A stretch of 64,000 nucleotides of DNA, from assembly GCF_003918875.1 (NCBI RefSeq), contig NW_025766957.1, positions 1,054,001 to 1,118,000 of the forward strand, read 5' to 3'. Below are positions 24,310 to 39,753 of the stretch, piece after piece. Within the stretch, counting starts at the first letter, position 1; each line of letters begins with the position of its first letter. Under the pieces are notes generated by a model that had not been told where the DNA came from, ran no database searches, and saw only the letters and a list, made by a program, of their open reading frames with translations. The translations under genes were made by a program, and so were the position numbers. This stretch comes from Haliotis rubra. Its lineage: Eukaryota.

Positions 24310-25600
24310 ATGGCTGACTTTGTAACTCCTGTTGATGGTGCCTTTGACGTCAGTTCCGGTATCGGTAAGTCCTTCCAGATAGTAATCTAGCATCCATTTG
24401 TAAGTGTGATCTCTCCATCGCAAATGCTTCAAATTCCCAGTGCCCTTGGCAAATCCATATCGTACCATTGATTACCTTGAATATTCATTTACAGAATACG
24501 TTATTTTCTTTATTGTAGGAGCTCCTCAGCACACATCAACTCCTCTCCCCAAGAGACGTGCAGTGCCATCCCTGACAATACCAGTGCCTGACACAAACCA
24601 TCATGTGCCAACTCTCTCCAGCCTCCACCCGATGTCATCCCCGTCCTACCTCCACCCAACATGCATCTCCAGTCCCTACAGCTTCTTCCCTTCCTATTCT
24701 GCCATGTACTACTCTCCCAGCTTCGGACCAGGTACCTGCACAGCTCCCAGCTATCCGCTACTACCGAGTCCATCATTCCTGCCACCAAGTCCATCCTACC
24801 TTTCATCCCACCCGTTGGGGTATTCGACTGTACCAGGGAGTCCATCCTTCCTACCGGGTACGATTCCAAGCTCAAGTCTGCCCATCAAACCAGTATCGAT
24901 TCCAACCACCAGTGCTCTGACTACACCAACGCAGGGGCATTCAAAGTCTGTGGACATCAGCCCAGTCACAGAGACACGCCCGATTGACTTCGAATTGCCG
25001 TCTTGTTCCAGGCCCGATATTGGTAAAGCTGTTGATGACATCGTAGCGAAAACCCTTGGGGCAGATCTGGCAACAAAGAGTACCAACAACGACCGCCAGT
25101 CAGCTCTTGAGAAGAGACTCCAGTCACTCAAGTCAAGGTTCCCAACAGAGGTAAAGGAACTATCCAGCTTCCTTGCCTTCCATTCCTCATCTATTCAGAA
25201 GGAACATCAACAGTGTCTACAAGATGGATTCTTCCCAACGGACTATCACAATTGGTTGACCACAAGATACAATGATCAACTGCACCTGGTGTTCACAAGC
25301 ATCGAGAAAAGTGTGACCACCCTCGAGAACCAAGGCAAGATACTGGCCCGTCCTGCCAGCAGAAACCTCAGTCCTGAATCAATCGTCGTGATGGAGAAGT
25401 GGTACCACGAACATCTCAACAACCCCTACCCCACTCAAACAGAAGCTGAAGACATGGCCAACAAGGGGGGAATTACCCTTTCTCAAGTACGAAAGTGGTT
25501 TTCCAACAAAAGACACAGGACCAGGAAACCCAGATCTGTCAAAGCTGTAGTTGCTGCCAAACAGTGTGAAGAGTTCCTGTCTGGGATATTTCAGATGTAA
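24310..25600 (+). CDS. TALE homeodomain protein, copy 3
   Basis: Exons 24310-24364 and 24519-25600. One L>V change in helix 1 (ESIVVMEK). Confidence 0.9.
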
Positions 25601-27450
25601 AATGGGAACAGTTCTGTCACCTGAGTGATGCTAACGCGTTTAAGTAGTTGTGAAAGTGATATCAACTATGAATGTCTGTCCGAAGACAAAATTCCTTCAT
25701 GCATAGTGCTATATTCATCTTAGGATCTGTGATATCCATTGTTTTGTATATATGAATGTAAATTATGACCCGTGCTATCCATAGTTTTGTGGATGTGAAT
25801 TGTTGATTTGATCTGAAATAAAATATTGTAATAAACTATCATTCAAATGCCCGTCTTTTTTTAGCACGCACAGACTCTGTATTAACTCATCCTAAACATT
25901 AGCACAGAAGCGACTTCCTCACCAACATACACTCAATACAACTATCACACATTCCACATTACCATGAAACACCGAACACACTCAACATCCCTGTTTACAC
26001 AACCAACATAATGTAATATTATTATCACAACGGGATCAGTCAGTGTTACTTCCACACATTCATGTACAAAGTATTCAACATGCCATATTAACTATTACAT
26101 CAAATATATCACGCATTTAATAGTATTGTCAAAGTGCGATGGAGTGCACTTCACATTTAACTAGATCATTTTAATTTTTTGGCACCAAGCATCGTCTCTA
26201 ACATTATACTATAGTGTGCTCACACAAATTTAACGTTCATGACAACAATGCCACGTAACACTAAAAATGTATGCACAGTCTGGCCTGAAGGCTGCATTAG
26301 CAACACATATTTTGGCAAACTTAACCAGCTCCTTTTCTCGTTACAGAACGCTGAACACAACAGTCCCAGTTCCGTACCAGTTGTCACCTACTTGTAAATA
26401 TCTGTGCACGCAGTCGGTAACTCGCATCCTACCCTTAAACTATTTCACAACCACATCCACCCTAAAATAACATTTCAAGCCACAAGAAGACCACACCCGT
26501 GAAGATCGGGCTTAGAACTGGTGTATATCCAATCGTTCTTGTCGTTAGAGGCGACTAACGGGATCGGGTGGTCAGGCTCGCTGACTTGGTTGGCACATGT
26601 CATCCTCTCCCAATAGCGTAGATCGATGCTCATGATGTCGATCACTGGGTTTTCTGGTTCACACTCCATTATTTACATATAGCTGGAAATTTAACAACAA
26701 CGAAACCAAACAAATACAAGAAGATCAGCATTGTATGTGATGATCATTATACCCTGCCGAGGCCTAGTTGGAGTATTGTAACAGTTGCTGAGAGGGGAAT
26801 ATTACCGTCACTGTCTATAAATCCATAATCACTGCTTTTGTATTATGATGTTACTTTTGATTTTGTGATGCCACATTGATATGTTTCTGGAGATTTGTAT
26901 TGATTTGTAAAACAGTTAATTTTAGAATATTAATTACATCACATTTCTTGGTTGTTGTCCTTTTGGTTTCACACTTAGTTATTTTACCAAGTAATTGCTG
27001 GTTAATTTTTGTTTCAAATTTGGAATGAAGAATATAGGTAGATATCTTTCTTCAAAGCATCAGGACCATTTAATTTCAACAAATATATTCTCTCCAAACT
27101 ACGAAAATAGATTGGTAGGCATGTTTATATCACGTCGACTGCTGAATACAACAAAATTCCACATGGCAAGCTAGATATGTAGGAGTGTAAATTACTCAAT
27201 CCATTTACCTAATTGAAAATCTTCCATTTCCTTTAATTTGATATGAACTTTGGAAAGGATTTCAATCTCGTGACTCCTGTTTCGTTTGAATGTTAGGTCA
27301 TGCAAACTGGACAAATCAATGCTAGGATTCCATCAGTTTATTTAACGACGCAAAAGCACAAATGGTACAATTTCAAAACATGTTAAATAAACAACAAATA
27401 ATAACAGGGATGGCACAATCCGATGCACTCATGTATGGGACAACAAACTG

Positions 27451-27855
27451 TCAAAGACTGACATCACAAACTGCAAATAACAAACATCCCTTTGGAAGAG
27501 ACTTGGCACATTTTAGCAACGTTCGGGGAGATGAGTCAATATAGGCAGAGCCATGGTGCGGGTCTTGTTGGCTGGAGAGTGCTGGGTATCTCTGGACCAA
27601 TGGAGTGGAGGTGTGCCGGGGAGTTCCTGAAACAAGAAAGGCGGTGTTAGAACATTCAGAGCGTTGTAGGATATTGTTAATGAAAGAATTTAGAATTACC
27701 ACAACGTTTGTTACTTAATTAACCTGCAAATGTACTTCGTTTCTACCCAGCTTACCTAACGACAGAAGATTTCCCGGGCCCAGCAAGATGTTTCCTGGTG
27801 AAGATTGGGAGGTAGCAGTAGCAGCCTCACGGCATGGATGAGTATAGCAGGCCAT
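27451..27855 (-). CDS. Short homeodomain-less paralog, copy C
   Basis: Same two-exon structure as 18045-18449. Confidence 0.55.
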
Positions 27856-29016
27856 TTGTACTTGCTGAATCGCAGATGGATGTAAAACAGACTCCTTGTT
27901 AATGGTTCTGGGTAGCAGGAGACTCAACGAGTGAGATGTGCTCAGTTCAATCAGTAGAGCTTTATATGCTACTCAGGTGTTTGACATCATCACCTTTGAT
28001 TTATTGGCTGGAGATTCTCCTTAATCACTGGCTTCTATTTTCATTCTTTGATCTGTGGTTTCACTGGCTAGTGCTTTCAAGTGTTCTACAAACAGTACCA
28101 ATTGACTATTCTTCTCCACACTATGAAGCCAGTCAGCAGATTTGAATTCAGATTTGAGCCTTCGAGTGAAGGCGGATTAACGGTGTTGTTTTAATGAACC
28201 ATAGGTTAAAATGCATAATCTTCACCTGAAGCTGCTGATACCATTTAGGTAGGTATATTATATTATATGTTTTGCTGCTATTCAAGTCCATTAGTAACCT
28301 AATTCTATATGACAAAGTAAACTATGTAAGAACCTTTCAAATCTGAAAGAAATGGGAAACTAACTGGTAAACTTATCAGCTTGTATTGCGGCAGAAGCAA
28401 ATCAAATCGATCATTCTACAATTTGGAAAAGACAATGGAGAAAACCCATTCAACAGATCAGTTTCCAGCAGAGAAAATCAAAGACAAATAAATCAATCGG
28501 AAAAGCCAGTCAATCGATTATGGTTGATTAACGCTATCAAACACTAGCCAGTGAGGCCAGAGATGAAAGAGACCGTAACCAATCAAACACAAAGCGAGGT
28601 CCGTATTAAAGAAGCCAGAGATCACCGAGAAACCTGAAACAACCTATCAATCACTTGTGATCGTACAAGGCCACACTATCAAAACTTGATCATCTTGTGT
28701 CATCACTGAATGTTGCCAAAGCACGGACCAATCAAAAGGCCAAACCTAATGCCATCATGCAGATTGAGGTTGTGTTGTACAGAAAACGTGCTCAATTAGC
28801 TTGTGAAAGCCAAGATCAAAGAATGTTAGCTTTTAAATCGAAGTCATTGATCAAAGACTACTTCCATCCAATAAGATTGAAGCTGGTGAAGCCAGAGAGT
28901 GAGAAGAGAGTAGTATATATATCTCCAGATGAAGGTGAGCACATCTCACGCTTTGAGTCTGTTGATACATAGTTACACGAGAACCTATTAGCAAGTGAAC
29001 TGTGCTCAAATACAGG

Positions 29017-30307
29017 ATGGCTGACTTTGTAACTCCTGTTGATGGTGCCTTTGACGTCAGTTCCGGTATCGGTAAGTCCTTCCAGATAGTAATCTAGCAT
29101 CCATTTGTAAGTGTGATCTCTCCATCGCAAATGCTTCAAATTCCCAGTGCCCTTGGCAAATCCATATCGTACCATTGATTACCTTGAATATTCATTTACA
29201 GAATACGTTATTTTCTTTATTGTAGGAGCTCCTCAGCACACATCAACTCCTCTCCCCAAGAGACGTGCAGTGCCATCCCTGACAATACCAGTGCCTGACA
29301 CAAACCATCATGTGCCAACTCTCTCCAGCCTCCACCCGATGTCATCCCCGTCCTACCTCCACCCAACATGCATCTCCAGTCCCTACAGCTTCTTCCCTTC
29401 CTATTCTGCCATGTACTACTCTCCCAGCTTCGGACCAGGTACCTGCACAGCTCCCAGCTATCCGCTACTACCGAGTCCATCATTCCTGCCACCAAGTCCA
29501 TCCTACCTTTCATCCCACCCGTTGGGGTATTCGACTGTACCAGGGAGTCCATCCTTCCTACCGGGTACGATTCCAAGCTCAAGTCTGCCCATCAAACCAG
29601 TATCGATTCCAACCACCAGTGCTCTGACTACACCAACGCAGGGGCATTCAAAGTCTGTGGACATCAGCCCAGTCACAGAGACACGCCCGATTGACTTCGA
29701 ATTGCCGTCTTGTTCCAGGCCCGATATTGGTAAAGCTGTTGATGACATCGTAGCGAAAACCCTTGGGGCAGATCTGGCAACAAAGAGTACCAACAACGAC
29801 CGCCAGTCAGCTCTTGAGAAGAGACTCCAGTCACTCAAGTCAAGGTTCCCAACAGAGGTAAAGGAACTATCCAGCTTCCTTGCCTTCCATTCCTCATCTA
29901 TTCAGAAGGAACATCAACAGTGTCTACAAGATGGATTCTTCCCAACGGACTATCACAATTGGTTGACCACAAGATACAATGATCAACTGCACCTGGTGTT
30001 CACAAGCATCGAGAAAAGTGTGACCACCCTCGAGAACCAAGGCAAGATACTGGCCCGTCCTGCCAGCAGAAACCTCAGTCCTGAATCAATCGTCTTGATG
30101 GAGAAGTGGTACCATGAACATCTCAACAACCCCTACCCCACTCAAACAGAAGCTGAAGACATGGCCAACAAGGGGGGAATTACCCTTTCTCAAGTACGAA
30201 AGTGGTTTTCCAACAAAAGACACAGGACCAGGAAACCCAGATCTGTCAAAGCTGTAGTTGCTGCCAAACAGTGTGAAGAGTTCCTGTCTGGGATATTTCA
30301 GATGTAA
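29017..30307 (+). CDS. TALE homeodomain protein, copy 4
   Basis: Exons 29017-29071 and 29226-30307. Protein identical to copy 1. Confidence 0.9.
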
Positions 30308-32162
30308 AATGGGAACAGTTCTGTCACCTGAGTGATGCTAACGCGTTTAAGTAGTTGTGAAAGTGATATCAACTATGAATGTCTGTCCGAAGACAAAATT
30401 CCTTCATGCATAGTGCTATATTCATCTTAGGATCTGTGATATCCATTGTTTTGTATATATGAATGTAAATTATGACCCGTGCTATCCATGGTTTTGTGGA
30501 TGTCAATTGTTGATTTGATCTGAAATAAAATATTGTAATAAACTATCATTCAAATGCCCGTCTTTTTTAGCACGCACAGACTCTGTATTAACTCATCCTA
30601 AACATTAGCACAGAAGCGACTTCCTCACCAACATACACTCAATACAACTATCACACATTCCACATTACCATGAAACACCGAACACACTCAACATCCCTGT
30701 TTACACAACCAACATAATGTAATATTATTATCACAACGGGATCAGTCAGTGTTACTTCCACACATTCATGTACAAAGTATTCAACATGCCATATTAACTA
30801 TTACATCAAATATATCACGCATTTAATAGTATTGTCAAAGTGCGATGGAGTGCACTTCACATTTAACTAGATCATTTTAATTTTTTTGCACCAAGCATCG
30901 TCTCTAACATTATACTATAGTGTGCTCACACAAATTTAACGTTCATGACAACAATGCCACGTAACACTAAAAATGTATGCACAGTCTGGCCTGAAGGCTG
31001 CATTAGCAACACATATTTTGGCAAACTTAACCAGCTCCTTTTCTCGTTACAGAACGCTGAACACAACAGTCCCAGTTCCGTACCAGTTGTCACCTACTTG
31101 TAAATATCTGTGCACGCAGTCGGTAACTCGCATCCTACCCTTAAACTATTTCACAACCACATCCACCCTAAAATAACATTTCAAGCCACAAGAAGACCAC
31201 ACCCGTGAAGATCGGGCTTAGAACTGGTGTATATCCAATCGTTCTTGTCGTTAGAGGCGACTAACGGGATCGGGTGGTCAGGCTCGCTGACTTGACTTGG
31301 TTGGCACATGTCATCCTCTCCCAATAGCGTAGATCGATGCTCATGATGTCGATCACTGGGTTTTCTGGTTCACACTCCATTATTTACATATAGCTGGAAA
31401 TTTAACAACAACGAAACCAAACAAACACAAGAAGATCAGCATTGTATGTGATGATCATTATACCCTGCCGAGGCCTAGTTGGATTATTGTAACAGTTGCT
31501 GAGAGGGGAATATTACCGTCACTGTCTATAAATCCATAATCACTGCTTTTGTATTATGATGTTACTTTTGATTTTGTGATGCCACATTGATATGTTTCTG
31601 GAGATTTGTATTGATTTGTAAAACAGTTAATTTTAGAATATTAATTACATCACATTTCTTGGTTGTTGTCCTTTGGTTTCACACTTAGTTATTTTACCAA
31701 GTAATTGCTGGTTAATTTTTGTTTCAAATTTGGAATGAAGAATATAGGTAGATATCTCTCTTCAAAGCATCAGGACCATTTAATTTCAACAAATATATTC
31801 TCCAAACTACGAAAATAGATTGGTAGGCATGTTTATATCACGTCGACTGCTGAATACAACAAAATTCCACATGGCAAGCTAGATATGTAGGAGTGTAAAT
31901 TACTCAATCCATTTACCTAATTGAAAATCTTCCATTTCCTTTAATTTGATATGAACTTTGGAAAGGATTTCAATCTCGTGACTCCTGTTTCGTTTGAATG
32001 CTAGGTCATGCAAACTGGACAAATCAATGCTAGGATTCCATCAGTTTATTTAACGACGCAAAAGCACAAATGGTACAATTTCAAAACATGTTAAATAAAC
32101 AACAAATAATAACAGGGATGGCACAATCCGATGCACTCATGTATGTATGGGACAACAAACTG

Positions 32163-32566
32163 TCAAAGACTGACATCACAAACTGCAAATAACAAACATC
32201 CCTTTGGAAGAGACTTGGCACATTTTAGCAACGTTCGGGGAGATGAGTCAATATAGGCAGAGCCATGGTGCGGGTCTTGTTGGCTGGAGAGTGCTGGGTA
32301 TCTCTGGACCAATGGAGTGGAGGTGTGCCGGGGAGTTCCTGAAACAAGAAAGGCGGTGTTAGAACATTCAGAGCGTTGTAGGATATTGTTAATGAAAGAA
32401 TTTAGAATTACCACAACGTTTGTTACTTAATTAACCTGCAAATGTACTTCGTTTCTACCCAGCTTACCTAACGACAGAAGATTTCCGGGCCCAGCAAGAT
32501 GTTTCCTGGTGAAGATTGGGAGGTAGCAGTAGCAGCCTCACGGCATGGATGAGTATAGCAGGCCAT
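32163..32566 (-). pseudogene. Short homeodomain-less paralog, copy D, 1-nt deletion in exon 1
   Basis: ATTTCCGGG at ~32481 versus ATTTCCCGGG in the other copies. This is a homopolymer indel and may be an error. Confidence 0.5.
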
Positions 32567-33724
32567 TTGTACTTGCTGAATCGCAGATGGATGTAAAACA
32601 GACTCCCTTGTTAATGGTTCTGGGTAGCAGGAGACTCAACGAGTGAGATGTGCTCAGTTCAATCAGTAGAGCTTTATATGCTACTCAGGTGTTTGACATC
32701 ATCACCTTTGATTTATTGGCTGGAGATTCTCCTTAATCACTGGCTTCTATTTTCATTCTTTGATCTGTGGTTTCACTGGCTAGTGCTTTCAAGTGTTCTA
32801 CAAACAGTACCAATTGACTATTCTTCTCCACACTATGAAGCCAGTCAGCAGATTTGAATTCAGATTTGAGCCTTCGAGTGAAGGCGGATTAACGGTGTTG
32901 TTTTAATGAACCATAGGTTAAAATGCATAATCTTCACCTGAAGCTGCTGATACCATTTAGGTAGGTATATTATATTATATGTTTTGCTGCTATTCAAGTC
33001 CATTAGTAACCTAATTCTATATGACAAAGTAAACTATGTAAGAACCTTTCAAATCTGAAAGAAATGGGAAACTAACTGGTAAACTTATCAGCTTGTATTG
33101 CGGCAGAAGCAAATCAAATCGATCATTCTAAAATTTGGAAAAGACAATGGAGAAAACCCATTCAACAGATCAGTTTCCAGCAGAGAAAATCAAAGACAAA
33201 TAAATCAATCGGAAAAGCCAGTCAATCGATTATGGTTGATTAACGCTATCAAACACTAGCCAGTGAGGCCAGAGATGAAAGAGACCGTAACCAATCAAAC
33301 ACAAAGCGAGGTCCGTATTAAAGAAGCCAGAGATCACCGAGAAACCTGAAACAACCTATCAATCACTTGTGATCGTACAAGGCCACACTATCAAAACTTG
33401 ATCATCTTGTGTCATCACTGAATGTTGCCAAAGCACGGACCAGTCAAAAGGCCAAACCTAATGCCATCATGCAGATTGAGGTTGTGTTGTACAGAAAACG
33501 TGCTCAATTAGCTTGTGAAAGCCAAGATCAAAGAATGTTAGCTTTTAAATCGAAGTCATTGATCAAAGACTACTTCCATCCAATAAGATTGAAGCTGGTG
33601 AAGCCAGAGAGTGAGGAGAGTATATATATCTCCAGATAGAAGGTGAGCACATCTCACGCTTTGAGTCTGTTGATACATAGTTACACGAGAACCTATTAGC
33701 AAGTGAACTGTGCTCAAATACAGG

Positions 33725-35016
33725 ATGGCTGACTTTGTAACTCCTGTTGATGGTGCCTTTGACGTCAGTTCCGGTATCGGTAAGTCCTTCCAGATAGTAA
33801 TCTAGCATCCATTTGTAAGTGTGATCTCTCCATCGCAAATGCTTCAAATTCCCAGTGCCCTTGGCAAATCCATATCGTACCATTGATTACCTTGAATATT
33901 CATTTACAGAATACGTTATTTTCTTTATTGTAGGAGCTCCTCAGCACACATCAACTCCTCTCCCCAAGAGACGTGCAGTGCCATCCCTGACAATACCAGT
34001 GCCTGACACAAACCATCATGTGCCAACTCTCTCCAGCCTCCACCCGATGTCATCCCCGTCCTACCTCCACCCAACATGCATCTCCAGTCCCTACAGCTTC
34101 TTCCCTTCCTATTCTGCCATGTACTACTCTCCCAGCTTCGGACCAGGTACCTGCACAGCTCCCAGCTATCCGCTACTACCGAGTCCATCATTCCTGCCAC
34201 CAAGTCCATCCTACCTTTCATCCCACCCGTTGGGGTATTCGACTGTACCAGGGAGTCCATCCTTCCTACCGGGTACGATTCCAAGCTCAAGTCTGCCCAT
34301 CAAACCAGTATCGATTCCAACCACCAGTGCTCTGACTACACCAACGCAGGGGCATTCAAAGTCTGTGGACATCAGCCCAGTCACAGAGACACGCCCGATT
34401 GACTTCGAATTGCCGTCTTGTTCCAGGCCCGATATTGGTAAAGCTGTTGATGACATCGTAGCGAAAACCCTTGGGGCAGATCTGGCAACAAAGAGTACCA
34501 ACAACGACCGCCAGTCAGCTCTTGAGAAGAGACTCCAGTCACTCAAGTCAAGGTTCCCAACAGAGGTAAAGGAACTATCCAGCTTCCTTGCCTTCCATTC
34601 CTCATCTATTCAGAAGGAACATCAACAGTGTCTACAAGATGGATTCTTCCCAACGGACTATCACAATTGGTTGACCACAAGATACAATGATCAACTGCAC
34701 CTGGTGTTCACAAGCATCGAGAAAAGTGTGACCACCCTCGAGAACCAAGGCAAGATACTGGCCCGTCCTGCCAGCAGAAACCTCAGTCCTGAATCAGTCG
34801 TCTTGATGGAGAAGTGGTACCATGAACATCTCAACAACCCCTACCCCACTCAAACAGAAGCTGAAGACATGGCCAACAAGGGGGGCAATTACCCTTTCTC
34901 AAGTACGAAAGTGGTTTTCCAACAAAAGACACAGGACCAGGAAACCCAGATCTGTCAAAGCTGTAGTTGCTGCCAAACAGTGTGAAGAGTTCCTGTCTGG
35001 GATATTTCAGATGTAA
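33725..35016 (+). pseudogene. TALE homeodomain gene copy 5, +1 frameshift before helix 3 (pseudogene or assembly error)
   Basis: Exons 33725-33779 and 33934-35016. AAGGGGGGCAATT at ~34878-34890 has one extra base, moving WFSNKR to another frame (ORF 34822-35016). Confidence 0.7.
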
Positions 35017-36865
35017 AATGGGAACAGTTCTGTCACCTGAGTGATGCTAACGCGTTTAAGTAGTTGTGAAAGTGATATCAACTATGAATGTCTGTCCGAA
35101 GACAAAATTCCTTCATGCATAGTGCTATATTCATCTTAGGATCTGTGATATCCATTGTTTTGTATATATGAATGTAAATTATGACCCGTGCTATCCATGG
35201 TTTTGTGGATGTGAATTGTTGCTTTGATCTGAAATAAAATATTGTAATAAACTATCATTCAAATGCCCGTCTTTTTTAGCACGCACAGACTCTGTATTAA
35301 CTCATCCTAAACATTAGCACAGAAGCGACTTCCTCACCAACATACACTCAATACAACTATCACACATTCCACATTACCATGAAACACCGAACACACTCAA
35401 CATCCCTGTTTACACAACCAACATAATGTAATATTATTATCACAACGGGATCAGTCAGTGTTACTTCCACACATTCATGTACAAAGTATTCAACATGCCA
35501 TATTAACTATTACATCAAATATATCACGCATTTAATAGTATTGTCAAAGTGCGATGGAGTGCACTTCACATTTAACTAGATCATTTTTATCTTTTTCACC
35601 AAGCATCGTCTCTAACATTATACTATAGTGTGCTCACACAAATTAAACGTTCATGACAACAATGCCACGTAACACTAAAAATGTATGCACAGTCTGGCCT
35701 GAAGGCTGCATTAGCAACACATATTTTGGCAAACTTAACCAGCCCCTTTTCTCGTTACAGAACGCTGAACACAACAGTCCCAGTTCCGTACCAGTTGTCA
35801 CCTACTTGTAAATATCTGTGCACGCCGTCGGTAATTCGCATCCTACCCTTAAACTATTTCACAACCACATCCACCCTAAAATAACATCTCAAGCCACAAG
35901 AAGACCACACCCGTGAAGATCGGGCTTAGAACTGGTGTATATCCAATCGTTCTTGTCGTTAGAGGCGACTAACGGGATCGGGTGGTCAGGCTCGCTGACT
36001 TGGTTGGCACATGTCATCCTCTCCCAATAGCGTAGATCGATGCTCATGATGTCGATCACTGGGTTTTCTGGTTCACACTCCATTATTTACATATAGCTGG
36101 AAATTTAACAACAACGAAACCAAACAAACACAAGAAGATCAGCATTGTATGTGATGATCATTATACCCTGCCGAGGCCTAGTTGGATTATTGTAACAGTT
36201 GCTGAGAGGGGAATATTACCGTCACTGTCTATAAATCCATAATCACTGCTTTTGTATTATGATGTTACTTTTGATTTTGTGATGCCACATTGATATGTTT
36301 CTGGAGATTTGTATTGATTTGTAAAAACAGTTAATTTTAGAATATTAATTACATCACATTTCTTGGTTGTTGTCCTTTTGGTTTCACACTTAGTTATTTT
36401 ACCAAGTAATTGCTGGTTAATTTTTTGTTTCAAATTTGGAATGAAGAATATAGGTAGATATCTCTCTTCAAAGCATCAGGACCATTTAATTTCAACAAAT
36501 ATATTCTCTCCAAAATACGAAAATAGATTGGTAGGCATGTTTATATCACGTCGACTGCTGAATACAACAAAATTCCACATGGCAAGCTAGATATGTAGGA
36601 GTGTAAATTACTCAATCCATTTACCTAATTGAAAATCTGCCATTTCCTTTAATTTGATATGAACTTTGGAAAGGATTTCAATCTCGTGACTCCTGTTTCG
36701 TTTGAATGTTAGGTCATGCAAACTGGACAAATCAATGCTAGATTCCATCAGTTTATTTAACGACGCAAAAGCACAAATGGTACAATTTCAAAACATGTTA
36801 AATAAACAACAAATAATAACAGGGATGGCACAATCCGATGCACTCATGTATGGGACAACAAACTG

Positions 36866-37270
36866 TCAAAGACTGACATCACAAACTGCAAATAACAAAC
36901 ATCCCTTTGGAAGAGACTTGGCACATTTTAGCAACGTTCGGGGAGATGAGTCAATATAGGCAGAGCCATGGTGCGGGTCTTGTTGGCTTGAGAGTGCTGG
37001 GTATCTCTGGACCAATGGAGTGGAGGTGTGCCGGGGAGTTCCTGAAACAAGAAAGGCGGTGTTAGAACATTCAGAGCGTTGTAGGATATTGTTAATGAAA
37101 GAATTTAGAATTACCACAACGTTTGTTACTTAATTAACCTGCAAATGTACTTCGTTTCTACCCAGCTTACCTAACGACAGAAGATTTCCCGGGCCCAGCA
37201 AGATGTTTCCTGGTGAAGATTGGGAGGTAGCAGTAGCAGCCTCACGGCATGGATGAGTATAGCAGGCCAT
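36866..37270 (-). CDS. Short homeodomain-less paralog, copy E
   Basis: Same two-exon structure, intact frame. Confidence 0.55.
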
Positions 37271-38458
37271 TTGTACTTGCAGAATCGCAGATGGATGTAA
37301 AACAGACCCCTTGTTAATGGTTCTGGGTAGCAGGAGACTCAACGAGTGAGATGTGCTCAGTTCAATCAGTAGAGCTTTATATGCTACTCAGGTGTTTGGT
37401 ATGATCACGTTTGATTTATTGGCTGGAGATTCTCCTTAATCACTGGCTTTTATTTTCATTCTTTGATCTGTGGTTTCACTGGCTAGTGCTTTCAAGTGTT
37501 CTACAAACAGTACCAATAGACTGTTCTTCTCCACACCTCTTGATAGGTGGACGCTTTGATAACATTCAAGAATGACCGGGATGTTTTTATAATTGAGCCT
37601 CTCAAGTGAAGGCGGATTAACGGTGTTGTTTTAATGAACCATAGGTTAAAATGCATAATCTTCACCTGAAGCTGCTGATACCATTTAGGTAGGTATATCA
37701 CATCATATGTTTTGCTACTACTCAAGTCCATAAGTAGCTTAATTCTATATGACAAAGTAACTACATGTATGTAAGAACCTTTCAAATCTGAAAGAAATGG
37801 GAAACTAACTGGTAAATGTATCAGCTTGTATTGCGGCAGAAGCAAATCAAATCGATCATTCTAAAATTTGGAAAAGACAATGGAGAAAACCCATTCAACA
37901 GATCAGTTTCCAGCAGAGAAAATCAAAGACAAATAAATCAATCGGAAAAGCCAGTCAATCGATTATGGTTGATTAACGCTATCAAACACTAGCCAGTGAG
38001 GCCAGAGATGAAAGAGACCGTAACCAATCAAACACAAAGCGAGGTCCGTATTAAAGAAGCCAGAGATCACCGAGAAACCTGAAACAACCTATCAATCACT
38101 TGTGATCGTACAAGGCCACACTATCAAAACTTGATCATCTTGTGTCATCACTGAATGTTGCCAAAGCACGGACCAATCAAAAGGCCAAACCTAATGCCAT
38201 CATGCAGATTGAGGTTGTGTTGTACAGAAAACGTGCTTAATTAGCTTGTGAAAGCCAACATCGAAGAATGTTGAACTTTTAAATAGAAGGTATTGATCAA
38301 AAACTACTTCCATCCAATAAGATTGAAGCTGGTGAAGCCAGAGAGTGAGAAGAGTATATATATCTCCAGATAGAAGGTGAGCACATCTCACGCTTTGAGT
38401 CTGATGATACATAGTTACACTAAAACCTATTAGCAAGTGAACTGTGCTCAAATACAGG

Positions 38459-39753
38459 ATGGCTGACTTTGTAACTCCTGTTGATGATGCCTTTGACGTC
38501 AGTTCCGGTATCGGTAAGTCCTTCCAGATAGTAATCTAGCACCCATTTGTAACTGTGTAAATGCTTCAAATTCACAGTGCCTTTGGTAAATCAATAACCG
38601 TATTCGTACCATTGATTACCTTGAACGTTCATTTACAGAATACGTTATTTTCTTTATTGTAGGAGCTCCTCAGCACACATCAACTCCTCTCCCCAAGAGA
38701 CGTGCAGTGCCATCCCTGACAATACCAGTGCCTGACACAAACCATCATGTGCCAACTCTCTCCAGCCTCCACCCGATGTCATCCCCGTCCTACCTCCACC
38801 CAACATGCATCTCCAGTCCCTACAGCTTCTTCCCTTCCTATTCTGCCACGTACTACACTCCTAGCTTCGGACCAGGTACCTGCACAGCTCCCAGCTATCC
38901 GCTACTACCGAGTCCATCATTCCTGCCACCAAGTCCATCCTACCTTTCATCCCACCCGTTGGGGTGTTCGACTGTACCAGGGAGTCCATCCTTCCTACCG
39001 GGGACGATTTCAAGTCCATCAAGCTCAAGTCTGTCCATCAAACCAGAATCGATTCCAACCACCAGTGCTCTAACTACACCAACGCAGGGGCATTCAAAGT
39101 CTGTGGACATCAGCCCAGTCACAGAGACACGCCCGATTGACTTCAAATTGCCGTCTTGTTCCAGGCCCGATATTGGTAAAGCTGTTGATGACATCGTAGC
39201 GAAAACCCTTGGGGCAGATCTGGCAACAAAGAGTACCAACAACGACCGCCAGTCAGCTCTTGAGAAGAGACTCCAGTCACTCAAGTCAAGGTTCCCAACA
39301 GAGGTAAAGGAACTATCCAGCTTCCTTGCCTTCCATTCCTCATCTATTCAGAAGGAACATCAACAGTGTCTACAAGATGGATTCTTCCCAACGGACTATC
39401 ACAATTGGCTGACCACAAGATACAATGATCAACTGCACCTGGTGTTCACAAGCATCGAGAAAAGTGTGACCACCCTCGAGAACCAAGGCAAGATACTGGC
39501 CCGTCCTGCCAGCAGAAACCTCAGTCCTGAATCAATCGTCTTGATGGAGAAGTGGTACCATGAACATCTCAACAACCCCTACCCCACTCAAACAGAAGCT
39601 GAAGACATGGCCAACAAGGGGGCAATTACCCTTTCTCAAGTACGAAAGTGGTTTTCCAACAAAAGACACAGGACCAGGAATCCCAGATCTGTCAAAGCTG
39701 TAGTTGCTGCCAAACAGTGTGAAGAGTTCCTGTCTGGGATATTTCAGATGTAA
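38459..39753 (+). CDS. TALE homeodomain protein, copy 6 (diverged), 381 aa
   Basis: Exons 38459-38513 and 38663-39753. Has a 9-nt insertion (ISSPSSSSL) and several substitutions, including KGG>KGA and RKP>RNP. Confidence 0.88.
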
